A DNA stretch of 62,504 nt, filler included, from Basidiobolus ranarum (GCA_040143965.1; 39 parts of 39 records of this genome joined end to end with filler, not necessarily neighbours in it); one strand, 5' to 3'. Positions 37,519 to 51,303 are shown, counted from the whole stretch's first letter. Made by a program: numbers and translations. The notes: generated from the sequence alone by a model not told the origin.

Positions 37519-37921
37519 AGCCAGACTCTCACATGATTATTTCCATTTGCCAACTAATACCGATGATGTTAGCATCATTCTACTATTGGGTTCAGAGAGT
37601 CAGATAGAAAGATTACGTTGGTAAGCTTTCGAAAGGCATCTTCATTTGAGGTCTGCCATATTATGAAGCAACCTTATCATTGTGATATTGCCATCATAGT
37701 AAATGGAGGCTGGCTCCTCACAAATTTCTGGTGTTGCCACAAGATGCTATTTGATCTATATAACCAACCATATTGTAATTATCAATATATACAAGGTTAG
37801 GCTAATGTGAGATAGTAGCTTTATTGAAGTTGGAAGTTGTTAATTAAAGCCATTTCCTAATTAGATGTTGTTGCAAAAGTTAGGTAGATTGCATATCCTT
37901 AATATGCCAGATTCAATGGTA

Positions 37922-38482
37922 TTACTTGCGAGCATTAGTAGAGTTTACCCAGCGAGATGGTGTGACCGTAACCATCGAATATATGCCTGGACCTTGCTTA
38001 AGTTGCGATACATCCCCAAAACCCGCAAGAATATCAGTACCTCCAGCAGTCCTTCCTTTTATCTGGGAGGAGTTGGAACCATCAAGCATGATACCACTGT
38101 TGCAGCCAATATAGGCTTTCATGAGACTTCTCACTTTGCCAGGAGTTGCCGATCTCATAGTGACAAGTATGATTTTGTTATCGGCACTTCTGTATCCAAT
38201 AGCTGTCCTTGCTGAAGTTTTATCGGCTTCCATTGCGCCAACACCACCCGAGCCTTCATATTTTGCTATATCAGCTAACCACTCTTGCTCGGTGTATATT
38301 TTATCCAGATGTAAGCTCAAGCCACCGACTGCCCAATTGATACTCTCCTTTGGATAGCTAGAAAGATCACTTATCACGTCGGTAGATATGAACAAATTTC
38401 CATTAGAGTTTTTGGTACATATCATGGTTCCCCTGGTGAGCTTCCCATAGTTATGGGCACCTCCTCCATTTCTTACTGGTAC
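37922..38482 (-). CDS. Phosphodiester glycosidase (NAGPA-like) family protein, 5'-truncated, intronless
   Basis: TRGTM...WAVGGLSL...ARTAIGY...IILVT...GCNSGIMLDGSNSSQI resembles the family's RTAIG and LDGGGS motifs. Confidence 0.72.
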   Translation of the reverse strand, partial: VPVRNGGGAHNYGKLTRGTMICTKNSNGNLFISTDVISDLSSYPKESINWAVGGLSLHLDKIYTEQEWLADIAKYEGSGGVGAMEADKTSARTAIGYRSADNKIILVTMRSATPGKVRSLMKAYIGCNSGIMLDGSNSSQIKGRTAGGTDILAGFGDVSQLKQGPGIYSMVTVTPSRWVNSTNARK

Positions 38483-38584
38483 ACNNNNNNNNNNNNNNNN
38501 NNNNNNNNNNNNNNNNNNNNNNNNNNNNTTAATTAATTAANNNNNNNNNNNNNNNNNNNNNNNNNNNNNNNNNNNNNNNNNNNN

Positions 38585-38788
38585 TAACCACTGAGCTACC
38601 AGTCCTTGTATGCTATGCCTATATTGCTAGGGAACCTTAACCTAGTCTGTCAATGTATGGTACTTTGGCATTTCAGCTATACAAGCAACTGATTGTCTTT
38701 AGACTTTGTGTTCAGATGCAGTCACCATACTCCATATTTTCCTCTTTGGGAATTACTGCTTGTACTACAAGTCACCAGACTTTCAACA
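38585..38788. mobile_element. tRNA-containing LTR, fourth copy (partial)
   Basis: Matches 3795-3998; ends TTTCAACA. Confidence 0.88.
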
Positions 38789-39365
38789 TATATATCATAT
38801 TGGATAAAGTATTCTAAAATTTATGTGGCATCATTTGGCACTATCCAGCACCCACTAGCATGATGAATTTCAATCACATTTACTCAAATTTATTGATCCA
38901 AGGTCTGATTAATCCTGGCACAATGGAACAAGTCCATTGGACATTTTGAGCCAAGACAGAAAGTATTCATTCTCCATGTGATGACTTGAATGGCAAAGTA
39001 GCTATCTTTGATGTAAAGTGATACATCAGCACCACTGTGTGTATCATGGCTCTCCTATTCAATATGAGAATTTCTATCTCTACTAGTCTTAGTTTTGGGT
39101 AGATTTTTTACTTTTCCCTCAAGCATAGCCAAAGACAGTGTCAACTTGTTGTCTGGAGAGTTACCACTGTTGGTGGCTAGATATTGGATGTAACCTGCTG
39201 GCTTGTGGATTTTTTTCTTGATAAGGGAAAGAGCAGCAGCAGCAACTTATTCATAGTATATGGCATTTGCCATTACCCTGACAGGATTGGAGGAGAGTGA
39301 TTTAGCATAGTGTCAGCCAAATCTGATCCCCAGAGTCTCAAATCTATCTGGTGCTGTCTCAATAC

Positions 39366-39883
39366 CCCTAACAAAAATAAAATCAATTTGATCTGGATTG
39401 AATCCACTCTCCAAAATAGCAAAACCATTGGAGAACCATCATAATATTGGTGGCTTGCATTCTGCCAGCAATTTTGATGGTGTAACAATGGTTTCTTGAT
39501 GGTATTGTGATGGTATTCATACATGTTAAAATATTGATCCTCAAATTTGGCATGCATTATTCAATATCTAGCAATTTTTGCAAAAAAATAATTTTTGAAT
39601 GGCAAATTACTGGGTTTACTGCTGTAGGAATTCTAATTAATATGCATGCCTTTATTTAGATATTTTAGGCTTTGTATTCCAGCCATAATAAGAATCAAAA
39701 AATACAAGAATCTTGTTGTGTTTAGTCTCTACATGTGCACATACTTGACTGATTAGACATAACTCAACAACATCAATATGCTTTACCAGCAAACTAAAGG
39801 TGGAAAAATTGCTAAACATCTGAAATTTGAATAGCACTGACACTTGGCAAATAGCTGACTCTTGTTACCATTCACAATGAGAA
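39366..39883 (-). mobile_element. CACTA-type right end, interrupted by LTR-B (39884) and LTR-E (39979)
   Basis: Homology to 833-1350. Confidence 0.78.
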
Positions 39884-40188
39884 TGTTGAAGTTTATTGTC
39901 TTTATCATATTTGTTATCTCTATCTTTATACACCTAACTATTTCATATATCACATATAAGTTTGTTAACATTACTTAGTGTTGGATAATTAATCTTTATT
40001 CAACATCATAGTTAACTTTAGTTATGATACATATATCAGAAACAGAAAGCAACGTATCTATAGCCCCTATATTCTAAATAGGAATATCNNNNNNNNNNNN
40101 NNNNNNNNNNNNNNNNNNNNNNNNNNNNNNNNTTAATTAATTAANNNNNNNNNNNNNNNNNNNNNNNNNNNNNNNNNNNNNNNNNNNN

Positions 40189-41691
40189 CCCCCCAAATGC
40201 ATGATCATACATGTTCTCAAAGAAACCTTGACTTTTCAGATTCTGGTAGTGCTATCCATCAAGTATATTGGTAATACCATCAGCTTTATGGTGGGTACTT
40301 TGGTATTGGATCAATAATCTATATTTGAGTGATTTCATCATAACTTTAAGATGGGAATCAATGATATGTAAGCCACATATGAATAATATATACCTGATTC
40401 AGTTATTGCCAATCATGTGCAAACAGTACATGACTTCAAGTTTTTCAGATCACTGGTGAAAGCCAAACAACCATTTGGACATGAAGGTAGTTTAATTACT
40501 GAAGGATTATAAGTCATACAATTGACAAGTGTTTTTCACTTGTACCAGGTCTGTGGCAAACAACAGTTGCCAATCAATTGTGGTAAAAGTGTAAGAAAAC
40601 CTATAAACACCTGGTTGCTAGGATTGGATTGATGTCTCCACTCCTCAATAATCAAAGCTGCTTCCTTTTCTGTAAGTGTTATGAGTGGACTAATGTTTGC
40701 CAATAACAAACAGTTTGTAACAAAACCATTGTCTTCTTCTTCAACTTCTGATATATTACCATTGGTATTAGAAAAACCAAGGTCAACATCTGGCAGAAAG
40801 TCCCCAAAGTTGTCTGCAATTACTGGTTCAACTAAAGTTGCATTTTGACCTACATCATTCTGGTCATATAACTGGGTAACTCCATGGTATCTTCACTTTT
40901 TGCAGTGTTAATAAAACTTTGAGGCAAACTACATTAAGTGGACTCCATAGGAAAAGCAAAAGTTGATTTAGTGCACTTATTACTGTTATTATACACCAGG
41001 CTTTGTGCAGCTGGTGGCTTTGTACAGTGACTGTGCTTGTGATTATTTTTCTATCAAGCCTCTGGCTCTCATAGCACAAGAGTTGGCAACAATAATAGCA
41101 GGGCATCTTTAAATGTTTGTGTTGTGGCATGAGAAGGATATTGTAGAAAAAGGAACACCTCCCATGCAAGGGTTGTATTTTAGATATAGCCCATCAATAT
41201 CATGAGCTGATTCTAAGACAGTGTCACAGATGAGTCATCAGGGGATTTACAAGATATTTCAGGTATTGGATGGCAATTTTGGTTTATTATAAGCTGTTTC
41301 TATGCAGTTTCATTACACCAAATTTACCATCTGAAAATTCCAATGCCATTCAAAAGCATTCAAAATCTAAGTCAAAATTGGCATGCAAGCCAAAACCTGC
41401 TGGCACAATAGTGCAAGTAAAGTGATTGTAGTCCCCCAATTACATAGTAAATCATTAGTTGAGCAAAGTACAACCAAAACACCATCCAGACCATCAACTT
41501 CCAAAATGGCTTCTTTATCCACTATTGAACAACCCTCCATGGAAAATTTGGATAGAATTATTAAAATAAGAGAATCTCAGGCAGAACACCATAATGATTT
41601 GTATGCAATCATAAGTAAAAACTATGAAGTTGCTATACAGGCCATGACAAGCAATAACGCCACAATATTGCAATTAATGCAGCATTTGGAA
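40189..41691. mobile_element. CACTA-type element centre (divergent ORFs)
   Basis: Homology to 30700-31930 and 55560-55760. Confidence 0.8.
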
Positions 41692-41791
41692 NNNNNNNNN
41701 NNNNNNNNNNNNNNNNNNNNNNNNNNNNNNNNNNNTTAATTAATTAANNNNNNNNNNNNNNNNNNNNNNNNNNNNNNNNNNNNNNNNNNNN

Positions 41792-43294
41792 AAGTTGATA
41801 ATTGTGTACATTTTTGAGATGTTTCATGAATAGGCATATACTAGCCCAATTGCCATTTGCTTACAACAACCCAGGATAAGCCACATGAAATAAGTCAATA
41901 ACCTTTAGAGTAATGCATTGTTTTTGGTTTTTCCTCAACTGGCTCAAATCCAGGTGATTTTGAGCCAGATTCCACACAGTTTCCAAAATGTTAACCCACT
42001 CTTCATCAGAGCAAGTGATGGCGCTCTGACATTCAGAGTCTTTTGGTTTGCCGGTTTTCTTATGAGATATCTGCTTTGATGTGCCCAAGCAATTGTGGCA
42101 CATTATGTAGGCTTAATTGTCCAGCATCTATTCTGCTCTGCTAGATGGTCATGGTGACATTCATATGTATGGTGTGTGTTGTGTCTAAGAGAAAAGTGGA
42201 TAAAAAGTCATGAACGTTACTGAGCCATAGAAACAGTCAAGTGAAGAATCCTAGAACTGTTCAAGTAAATACCCTACCAGAAATTTGAGCATTGTTATTG
42301 TAGGAAAACAGTCACAATTTTAATCCATTTGGGATTGACCATTTACTAACCATTATAAAATTGTCAAGTTAGATTTGATTTCAATCAATTTTTTTCAGTT
42401 TCAGGTGTGATATTTCAAGATCTTGCAAAATAGTTGCACATGATTGGTTACAATCTCAGAGAACTATGGATCAACACATGTACAAAAAGTGTAACTCAAA
42501 TATTACACAAGTACCAATTGAAGGCTAATTTGTCACTTTCAAAATCCCTAGTCTCTTTGATATACTCTCCTGAATATATTTATAGAGTTCTTCATACCCA
42601 AGGCTTAGCTCATGCCCAACACCAGTGTGTATCAATATCTCCATCAAAGCCCACCATTATATTAATGTTGCTGAATCAATATTCTTCCAGCTATCTGGTG
42701 GATACCCTGCATTATTGTACCACTCTGCACTAAGTTCTTCCAAGATATCTGCATGGTCAACACAAGACTGAATGCCAAGTTGAATGTTCTTCTTGTGGAG
42801 GCACTTTCTGGATACTTGCACTACATTTTTCCCTTAATACTTTTGAAAATACTCCTCAAGAACTTTGACTATTTTTGTAAGTCCTTGTAGTGTGACACTA
42901 CTGAAGGTGCTTTGTGATGTTTGTGTGGCTCTTTGCTTGCCTTTAACTTTGGGGCTTAATTCAACACTTTGAAATGTACCAGTTGAGGTTTGAGAGCTGT
43001 GAGTTTTATTGGCGGGTATTTAGGCTTGTTGAGAGGTGCCAGGTGTTGGATAAACTTCCAAATTTAGCACTCTTCCAACTGGTGTACCTGGTTTCATGGC
43101 AAAAGCTAGCTTTTTGCCAGCATATCTGACTCTGGAAAAGCAGATCTTTGTCAAAATTTGGTAAGTGGGACAGTGGAGCCTAAACTCACTGGATCCCTTG
43201 CTTTTCCCTTGGTCTTACTAACTTCCTGCTCCTTCAGTACTTCTTTAGCTGCTTTTCTTTCTTTTCAAAGTTGATAATTGCAAACATTTTGGAG
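41792..43294. mobile_element. Nested CACTA accessory ORF / LTR-C (42177) / CACTA left end (42272)
   Basis: Homologies to 9890-10270, 26900 and 19553. Confidence 0.78.
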
Positions 43295-43394
43295 NNNNNN
43301 NNNNNNNNNNNNNNNNNNNNNNNNNNNNNNNNNNNNNNTTAATTAATTAANNNNNNNNNNNNNNNNNNNNNNNNNNNNNNNNNNNNNNNNNNNN

Positions 43395-44897
43395 TATTGG
43401 AAATGTAAAATCTTGGGCAAAACAACTGGAATATATTGGTGCAACTTTACAGGAAGAAGAGGCCATTCTGACTCTTCTAAGTAGTCTACCAGAACAGTAT
43501 TCAAACTTGGTCACAGCTTTGGAAGCAAGATCTGACAAGTTGTCTTTGGAGTTTGTGGCAGCAAGGCTAATGGATCATCATCTCAGAAGTAGGAATTTGG
43601 AAAAAAATCTGAGGAAGTGGCTCTTTTTGGAGCTGGCAAACATAGCTTTGGCAAGTTAGTTAACATTACTTAGTCAAATATCACTTAGCTGAAAATTGGA
43701 ACACATATTATATACATATGTGAATAATGTGAAAATTAGCAATTCCATATTAGAAATTTCAAACTCCTCCAAATTGCCCCAAAGATAGCTCATTTTACTC
43801 CAACAGATGTTCTGAACACAACACCAGTATTAGTTTTCTGTATTTCCACCACAAAGTATAAATGCTTTATTTCTGGACAATAAACAATTATCTCATAAAG
43901 CTATTCACAACTCCACTTTTCTAAAGTTCCTACAAATAGCCCATATTATCCCAATAGTAAGTGTTATGAATGGGCTAATGTTTGGCAATAACAAAGAGTT
44001 GGTAATAAACCATAGTCTTCTTCTTTAACTTCTGATATACTACCATTGGTACTGGAATAACCAAGGTCAACATCTACCAGCAAGTCCTCAAAGTTGTCTG
44101 GGCATACTGGTTTGACCAAAGTTGCATTTCTACCTATATCATTCTGGTCATAAAACTGCGGTAACTCCACAGTATCTTGACTTTTGGCAGTGTTACCAAA
44201 ACTTTGAGGCAAAGTACAGTCAGTAGACTCAGTGGGCAAAACTAAAGTCAACTTTGTTTACTTATTACTGTTGATATTCACCAGGCTTTGTGCAGCTGGT
44301 GGCTTTGTATAGTGATTGTGCTTGTGATTATTTTTTCTATGAAACCTTCAACTTTATAGCACAAGAATTTATGACAATATTAGCAGGGCTTCTTTAAACA
44401 TTTATGTTGTGGCATGAGAAGGATATTGTGAAAAAAGAGCACCTCCTATGTAAGGGTGGTATTTTGGGTATAACCCATCAATATCATCAGCTGACTCTGA
44501 GATGGTGTCACCGATGAGTCATCAGGGGATTTACAAGATATTTCTGGTAATGAACGGCAATTTTGGTTTATTCTAAGCCTAATAGAAATTTGAGGATTGT
44601 TATTGTAGGAAAACCATGACAATTTTAATCCATTTAAGCTTGACCATTCACTTACCATCATAAAATTATCAAGTTAGATTTGAATTTAATCAATTTTTTC
44701 AGTTTCTGGAGTGAAATTTCAAGATATCACAAAATAGTTGCACATGATTGGCTACCATCTCAGAGAACTATGAATCAACACATGTGTAAAAAACATAACT
44801 CAAATTTTACACATTTACCACTTGAATGCTAATTTGTCACCTTTGAAATACCTAGTTTCTTTGATATATTCTCCTGAATATTTTTATAGGGTTCTTC
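43395..44897. mobile_element. Nest of copia gag, LTR-B, CACTA centre and CACTA left end (~44577)
   Basis: LTLLSSLPEQYSNLVTALE gag motif; internal homologies. Confidence 0.75.
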
Positions 44898-45282
44898 NNN
44901 NNNNNNNNNNNNNNNNNNNNNNNNNNNNNNNNNNNNNNNNNTTAATTAATTAANNNNNNNNNNNNNNNNNNNNNNNNNNNNNNNNNNNNNNNNNNNNAGC
45001 CTCTTGTTGTTGTTTCCAGTCCTTGTCCAGTTCCTTATTGTGACAACATCTAAAATACTACCATCAGTGCTGGAATAACCAAGGTCAACATCTAGCAGCA
45101 AGTCCTCAAAGTTGTCTGGACTTACTGGTTTGACCAAAGTTGCATTTCTACCTACATCATTCTGGTCATATAGCTGTGGTAACTCCACAATATCTTAACT
45201 TTTGGCAGTGTTACCAAAACTTTGAGGCAAAGTACAGTCAGTAGACTGAATGGGCAAAACTAAAGTCAATTTAGTGCACTTT

Positions 45283-45642
45283 TGTTGAAATTAGCATTGC
45301 ATAAACACCTATATAGTAAAATATAACTTTGTACTTAGTTATCTTATAACTCATTAAGATATTATCAATTATTCTCAATTGGAATTTACTTGGAATATTT
45401 TTACCAACTTAGGAGTTCTCAGATATATAGATTCTTCAAACTTGTGCTAGAAGCCCCAAACTGTGCACACATGTTCCTGGGACCTTCCTTATCATATTCT
45501 ACACATTAGTTTGCTTACATTGTGACAAAACTATAAATGTCAACTTTCTACTCAATTAATCAATAAGTAAAAAACACCAATTCCACTAATTCTCCGACCC
45601 ACTTCCAACAGGCTCCCAAATACTTTAACAGGTTATGAGCCC
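45283..45642 (+). mobile_element. Copia 5' LTR-A (45283-45630) plus PBS GGTTATGAGCCC
   Basis: TG...CA termini; PBS of the half-tRNAiMet (Ty5/Drosophila copia) type. Confidence 0.88.
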
Positions 45643-45661
45643 CATGCTTGCACTCTCTGTA

Positions 45662-46499
45662 ATGTCTACTTCTCAAATTTATGGAACTTTTCCCTCTTCT
45701 GAAAAATTTGATGGAACCAATTATCAAGTTTGGATAATTAAAATGAAAATGCTGCTGCAAGAAAAGGACTTTGAGACACTGTTGTAGGGGAAGAAAACAA
45801 TGCAAAACTAGCAGAAACCAAAGTTTTACTCCTGGTTAAAAAAAACAAAGTGCCTTTAACATAATTGGTCTTAATATTAAAGACAAATTGCAAATTCAAT
45901 GTTCAAGAGCTAAAACTGCCAGGAAGGAATGGAAAGCCTTGGAAGACACCTACCAAACAAGTTCTGCTGCCAATAAGATGTTTCTAAGAAGACAATTCCT
46001 TAACTTAAAGATGAAGCCAGGAGAAGACATTAAATAACTAATTAATAGAGTTGCTATTTTAGTGGATGAAATAGAATGCATTGGAGTACCTACTACTGAT
46101 CAAGATATCATAGTTATAGTCCTGAATAGGCTGCCAAATGAGTTTCAGAGCCTAGTAATTGCTCTAGAATCAAGAGCTGAAAATTTGACCTTTAGTTGTG
46201 TATTTGGCAGACTTCTGGATGAAGATTTACTCAAATCAGGATCCAACCAAAAGAATGAAGAAAATGCATTAATAGGCTATGGTAACCTTCCTATAAAGGT
46301 CAAAAGCATGTTAAGAAGAAAAGTAACACATTCTGTGATTACTGTAAAAGAACTGGCCATTTAAGCAAAGATTGCTTCAAAAGAATTACAAAAGAAGAAA
46401 AACATACTGAATCTGGAAATGTGATTACAACAGAAGATCACTTGTTCATATCTGCTCTATCTATGACTACCAACAAGGATTCTCAGATGTGGTATATTG
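45662..46499 (+). pseudogene. Copia gag (UBN2, CCHC knuckle) to protease start
   Basis: VLNRLPNEFQSLVIALE; CDYCKRTGHLSKDC; QMWYI. Confidence 0.88.
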
Positions 46500-46599
46500 N
46501 NNNNNNNNNNNNNNNNNNNNNNNNNNNNNNNNNNNNNNNNNNNTTAATTAATTAANNNNNNNNNNNNNNNNNNNNNNNNNNNNNNNNNNNNNNNNNNNN

Positions 46600-48101
46600 T
46601 GCTCATAAGAATAATTGTATCTTGATCCCAGATCAATTGTTCCCTTCTAATATCTGAAAATCCACTTAACTACTGCATAATGCTCAGATCCTATGTTTTG
46701 CACATGTTGGCTAACTACTCCAACTGCAAAAGAGATATCTGGCCAGGTTCCAGTCGTAGCATAGATCAAACTACCTACCATAGATTGATAAGGGAACTCA
46801 GGGCTTTCAAATGATATGTTTTGAGCCATATTTGGCCAATTTTCATCATTTTGAAGGGATTTTTGACTAGTGTCACACCTGACTCCATGGGAGTTGCTAC
46901 TGGCTTACAATTCTCCATCCTATAATGTCTGAGAATATCTGAGATATATTTAGATTAATTCAGAGTGATAGATTTGCTCAATATATATGTAGGGATCTAT
47001 AGGCCTAAAAAATATGTAAGCTCACCTAACAATCTTCTTGAATTGGACTGATAGATCTCTTTTGGAGTTCCTGAGAGCTTCATCATTATTGGTAGCTTTA
47101 ATCAGATCATCTACATACAAGGCAAGTATCACCCTACTGTCCTTACCCTTCTTGAAGTAGATCCCAAAATCCACTGTACTCTTTTGGAAATCATGTGATT
47201 CCAAGTGTGTGTCTATCTTAGTGTACCAGGCCCTGGGAGATTGTTTAAGTACATAAAGTGATTTGTGTAGCTTACACACATTCTGAGGGTGCTCAGGATC
47301 CACAAAACCATCTGGTTGATCCATGAATATATCCTCTTCCAAGTCCCCATACAAAAAAGCCATTTTAACATCCATTTGATGGATTTTAAAGCTGTGTTTT
47401 GCTGCTACTGCTAGTATGATTCTGATGGAATTAAACTTTGCTACAGGAGCAAATGTTTCATTGAAGTCCACTCCTTTGATTTGAGAGTATCCCTTAGCCA
47501 CAAGTCTGGCTTCATATCTTTTTACAGATCCTTCAGCTTGCTGTTCAACCTTAAACACCCATTTGCATCCAATCGATTTTTGGTCATCACATAACTTAAC
47601 CAAAGTCCAAGTTTGGTTATCTATGAGTTACTAATACTCCTCTGCCATTGCAGCACTTCAAACTTTGTTTTGGAACTCTCCATAGCCTCCTGTATTGATT
47701 TGGGCTCATCAGAAAAGGCTAAATTAGCACTAGGTTCCTTTAGTCTTGTGGGAGAGTAGTAATCAGGTGGAGATCTCAATTGATTGGATCTCTTAAGATG
47801 GGAAATTGGCACTATAACTTCTGGTACCAACTTAGGCAATGAAACCACCTCAGGCTTGGTTGAGGAGACTGTAGGTGAAAAGTTTTCAAAGCTTTTCTCA
47901 CTGATCAAGATCAGGTGAGAGGAAGAGGAATTTTCATCAATTTTTAGTTGTTTTTGTTGATACTCAATTGTTTTGATTGAGAATCTTTCTTCTTCAGCAA
48001 ATTCCACATCCCTTGACTTGTTTAGCCACTTATTTACAGTGTCATACAGTCTCTACCCTTTTGTCCCATTACAATATCCCAAAAAAATATATTTTGTCTT
48101 T
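46600..48101 (-). pseudogene. Ty1/copia reverse transcriptase
   Basis: IGCKWVFK...[26 protein letters not shown]. Confidence 0.93.
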
Positions 48102-48201
48102 NNNNNNNNNNNNNNNNNNNNNNNNNNNNNNNNNNNNNNNNNNNNTTAATTAATTAANNNNNNNNNNNNNNNNNNNNNNNNNNNNNNNNNNNNNNNNNNN
48201 N

Positions 48202-49200
48202 AGCAAATGTTTCATTGTAGTCCACTCCTTCCATTTGAGAGTATCCTTTAGCCACAAGTCTGGCTTTATATCATTCTACAGATCCATCAGCTTGCTGTTT
48301 AACCTTAGACACCCATTTGCATCCAATTAAATTTTGATCAACAGGTAACCTAACCAAACTTCAAGTTTGGTTATCTATGAGTGACTGATACTTCTCTGCA
48401 ATTGCAGCACTCCAAAACTTTGTGCAGGACTCTCAGTAGCCTCCTATACTGTTTGGGGTCATCAAAGAAGGCTAAATTAGCACTAGGCTCCTTTTGTCTA
48501 GTGTGAGAGTAGTAACCAGGTGGAGATCTCATCTGATTGGATCTTGGAGCACCAACTCCTAAGTCTTGCAATAACTTGCTTAATTACACAGCTTCTTGTG
48601 TAGTAGCAAAGGCAGCTATATACTCCGCCTCTCTAATGGAAAGTGCTATGGTTGGTTTTTTTTACTATTCCTGGTTATGGCTCCATTACAATAGAGAAAA
48701 GTGTACCCTGTTTTTGATCTTCTATCATCAAGGTTTTTTTCCAGTATGAATCACTGCAGCCATCAGAAATTTTTGCATCAGAAGTACCAGAGTATTGCAG
48801 AACTAGATCTATGGTTCCTCTCAAATATTTGAACCTTTGTTTACTGCAGTTTTGTGCACATATCCCGGATTTTTGAGATATAGGCTGACAGTTCCCACAG
48901 CCACAGCAATTTCAGGACATGTTATGAGCATTACACACATTGGCAAATACATATGGATTGGTAAGGGAACTCCTGGCTTTGATTTGAGTCAAATTGGGCC
49001 AAATCCAATGATATTCTGATTAACTTCATCTTGGGACTTACTGGTGTTGATAGAGGCTTGCTGTTCTCCATGTTGAAGTCTTTTAAGATGTCTAGGATGT
49101 ATCTAGACTGATTCAGCACAATTTGCTGATGGGGTATTTCTCTCTTGATTCAAATATCAGGGATATAACTGATATTCCCCTATCAGTTACTTAGTATGGG
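48202..49200 (-). pseudogene. Rearranged copia RT fragments
   Basis: Homology to 47450-47790; LNQSRYILDILKDFNMENSKPLSTP. Confidence 0.8.
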
Positions 49201-49802
49201 TTTGATAAGCTGCTTTTTGCCTGATTAAGTGCTTCTAAATAATTTGTGGTGTTGATAAAGTAATCTTTGTTTAGTGCCAGTTTATGGAGCCTATTTCTAT
49301 TGCAGAAATATGGGCTGTTTAGAGGAACTTTAGAAAAGTGGAGTTGTGAATAGCTTTGTAAGATAATTATTTATTGTCCAGAAATAAAGCATTTATTTCA
49401 TTTTTGTGGAAATACAGAAAACTAACACTGGGGTTGTGTTCAGAACTTCCGTGGGAGTAAGATGAGCTATCTTTGGGGCAATTTGGATGAGTTTGAAATT
49501 TCCAATATGGAATTGCTAATTCTCACATTATTCACATATATATATAACATATGTTCCAATTTTCAGCTAAGTGATATTTGACTTAGTTATATTAACTAAC
49601 TTGTATGTGATATATGAAATAGTTAGGTGTATAAAGATAGAGATAACAAATATGATAAAGACAATACACTTCAACACTGCCACTCACCAAAATATTCATA
49701 TANNNNNNNNNNNNNNNNNNNNNNNNNNNNNNNNNNNNNNNNNNNNTTAATTAATTAANNNNNNNNNNNNNNNNNNNNNNNNNNNNNNNNNNNNNNNNNN
49801 NN

Positions 49803-51150
49803 ATATAGAAAAGTACAAGGCTAGACTAGTAGCCAAAGGATATTCCCAAACACCAGGAATAAATTATACAGAAACTTTTGCTCTTGTAGCAAAGTTTAAT
49901 TCAATTAGATTGATTTTAGCAATTTTAGCTACATTTTGGTTTATTATATATCAAATGAACATTAAAGCTGCTGTTTTGAATGGTGAGCTTGCTGAGGAGA
50001 TCTATATGGACCAGTCAGATGGATTTGTGGACCTAAAAAACCCTAAAAAAGTTTCCAGACTCTGCAAAAACACTCTATGGCTTAAAATAATCTCCAAGAG
50101 CTTGAAAAAGCAAGATAGATGCTTTTTTGGAAACATTCAAATTTCAAAAGAGTAATGCTGACTATAGTATCTACTTCAGGCCAGATAAGACAAACCCAGC
50201 TTTATTAGCCTTATATGTAGATGACCTTATTATAGCAACCAATGACTTGAAGACTTTGGAGAAAACCAAATCCTGCTTATCTGCCAAATTCAAAATGACT
50301 GATCTTGGTGAACTGATGTATTATCTTGGAATCCAAATTAAGATAGATAGGACTACCACAACCATAACTTTAAACCAGTCTAAGTATATCCTGGATATAC
50401 TAAAGAGGTTTAAAATGGAAGAATGTAATCTAGTATCTACCCCACTGGAGACAAATCTTAACTTGACCAAAAATGGCTCAAATCAGACATTTTTGGATTC
50501 AAATGAAAGCCAGAAATTTCCTTAACAATCTATGGTTGGTAGTTTGATGTATATCATTGTTGGAACATGGCCAGATATTACATATTCTGTGGGAATTATG
50601 TGCCAATATCTTCAAAATTATGGATCTGATCAAATCATGGTAGTTAAGCAGAATTTACAGATATTTGAAAGCTACTGTGGATCTGTGCTTAAAATACACA
50701 TATTCTGGATCAAACTTTGATCTGATGAGGTATTCAGATGCAAATTGAGGAAGAGATTTTGAAGACAGAACATCTACAACAGGATACTTATTTCTTTGTT
50801 GTAATGGAGCTATTTCTTGGAATTCAAAGAAACAACCTACCATAGCCCTTTCAACAATAGAAGCTGAATATATGGCTGCCTGTGAAGCAACAAAAGAAGC
50901 AATATGGTTAAGAAAATTCTTAACAGATTTGGGTTGTTCACAAAATTCACCGACTACAATATTTCAAGATAATCAAGGTTGTATCAAATTAGCTAAAAAT
51001 CCCACATTTCATAATAGAAGCAAACATATAGATATTAAGCATCACTTCATTAGAGAGACTATAGAGAATAAGTTTATTGACTTTACCTATTGTTCTACAG
51101 AAAACATGATTGCTGATATATTAACCAAACCATTAGCTAGACAGAAATTT
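49803..51150 (+). pseudogene. Ty1/copia RT-RNase H
   Basis: [38 protein letters not shown]. Confidence 0.93.
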
Positions 51151-51245
51151 GAGAAAATTTCAACATTTCCCAGGATCTAAAATTCTCATAATAAGTTATT
51201 TGTTAGATAATGAGATAATTGTAGGAAGTATTTTTTGACAAATGT

Positions 51246-51303
51246 TACTCTGGCCAGGAACTGTACCTAGGACCCCTCAACTCTAGCAAGATACTCTAGC
51301 CAC
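51246..51303 (-). tRNA. Diverged partial tRNA-like module in a different flank (possible second LTR from 51201)
   Basis: GTGGCTAGAGTATCTTGCTAGAGTTGAGGGGTCCTAGGTACAGTTCCTGGCCAGAG aligns to 9489-9545. Confidence 0.55.
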
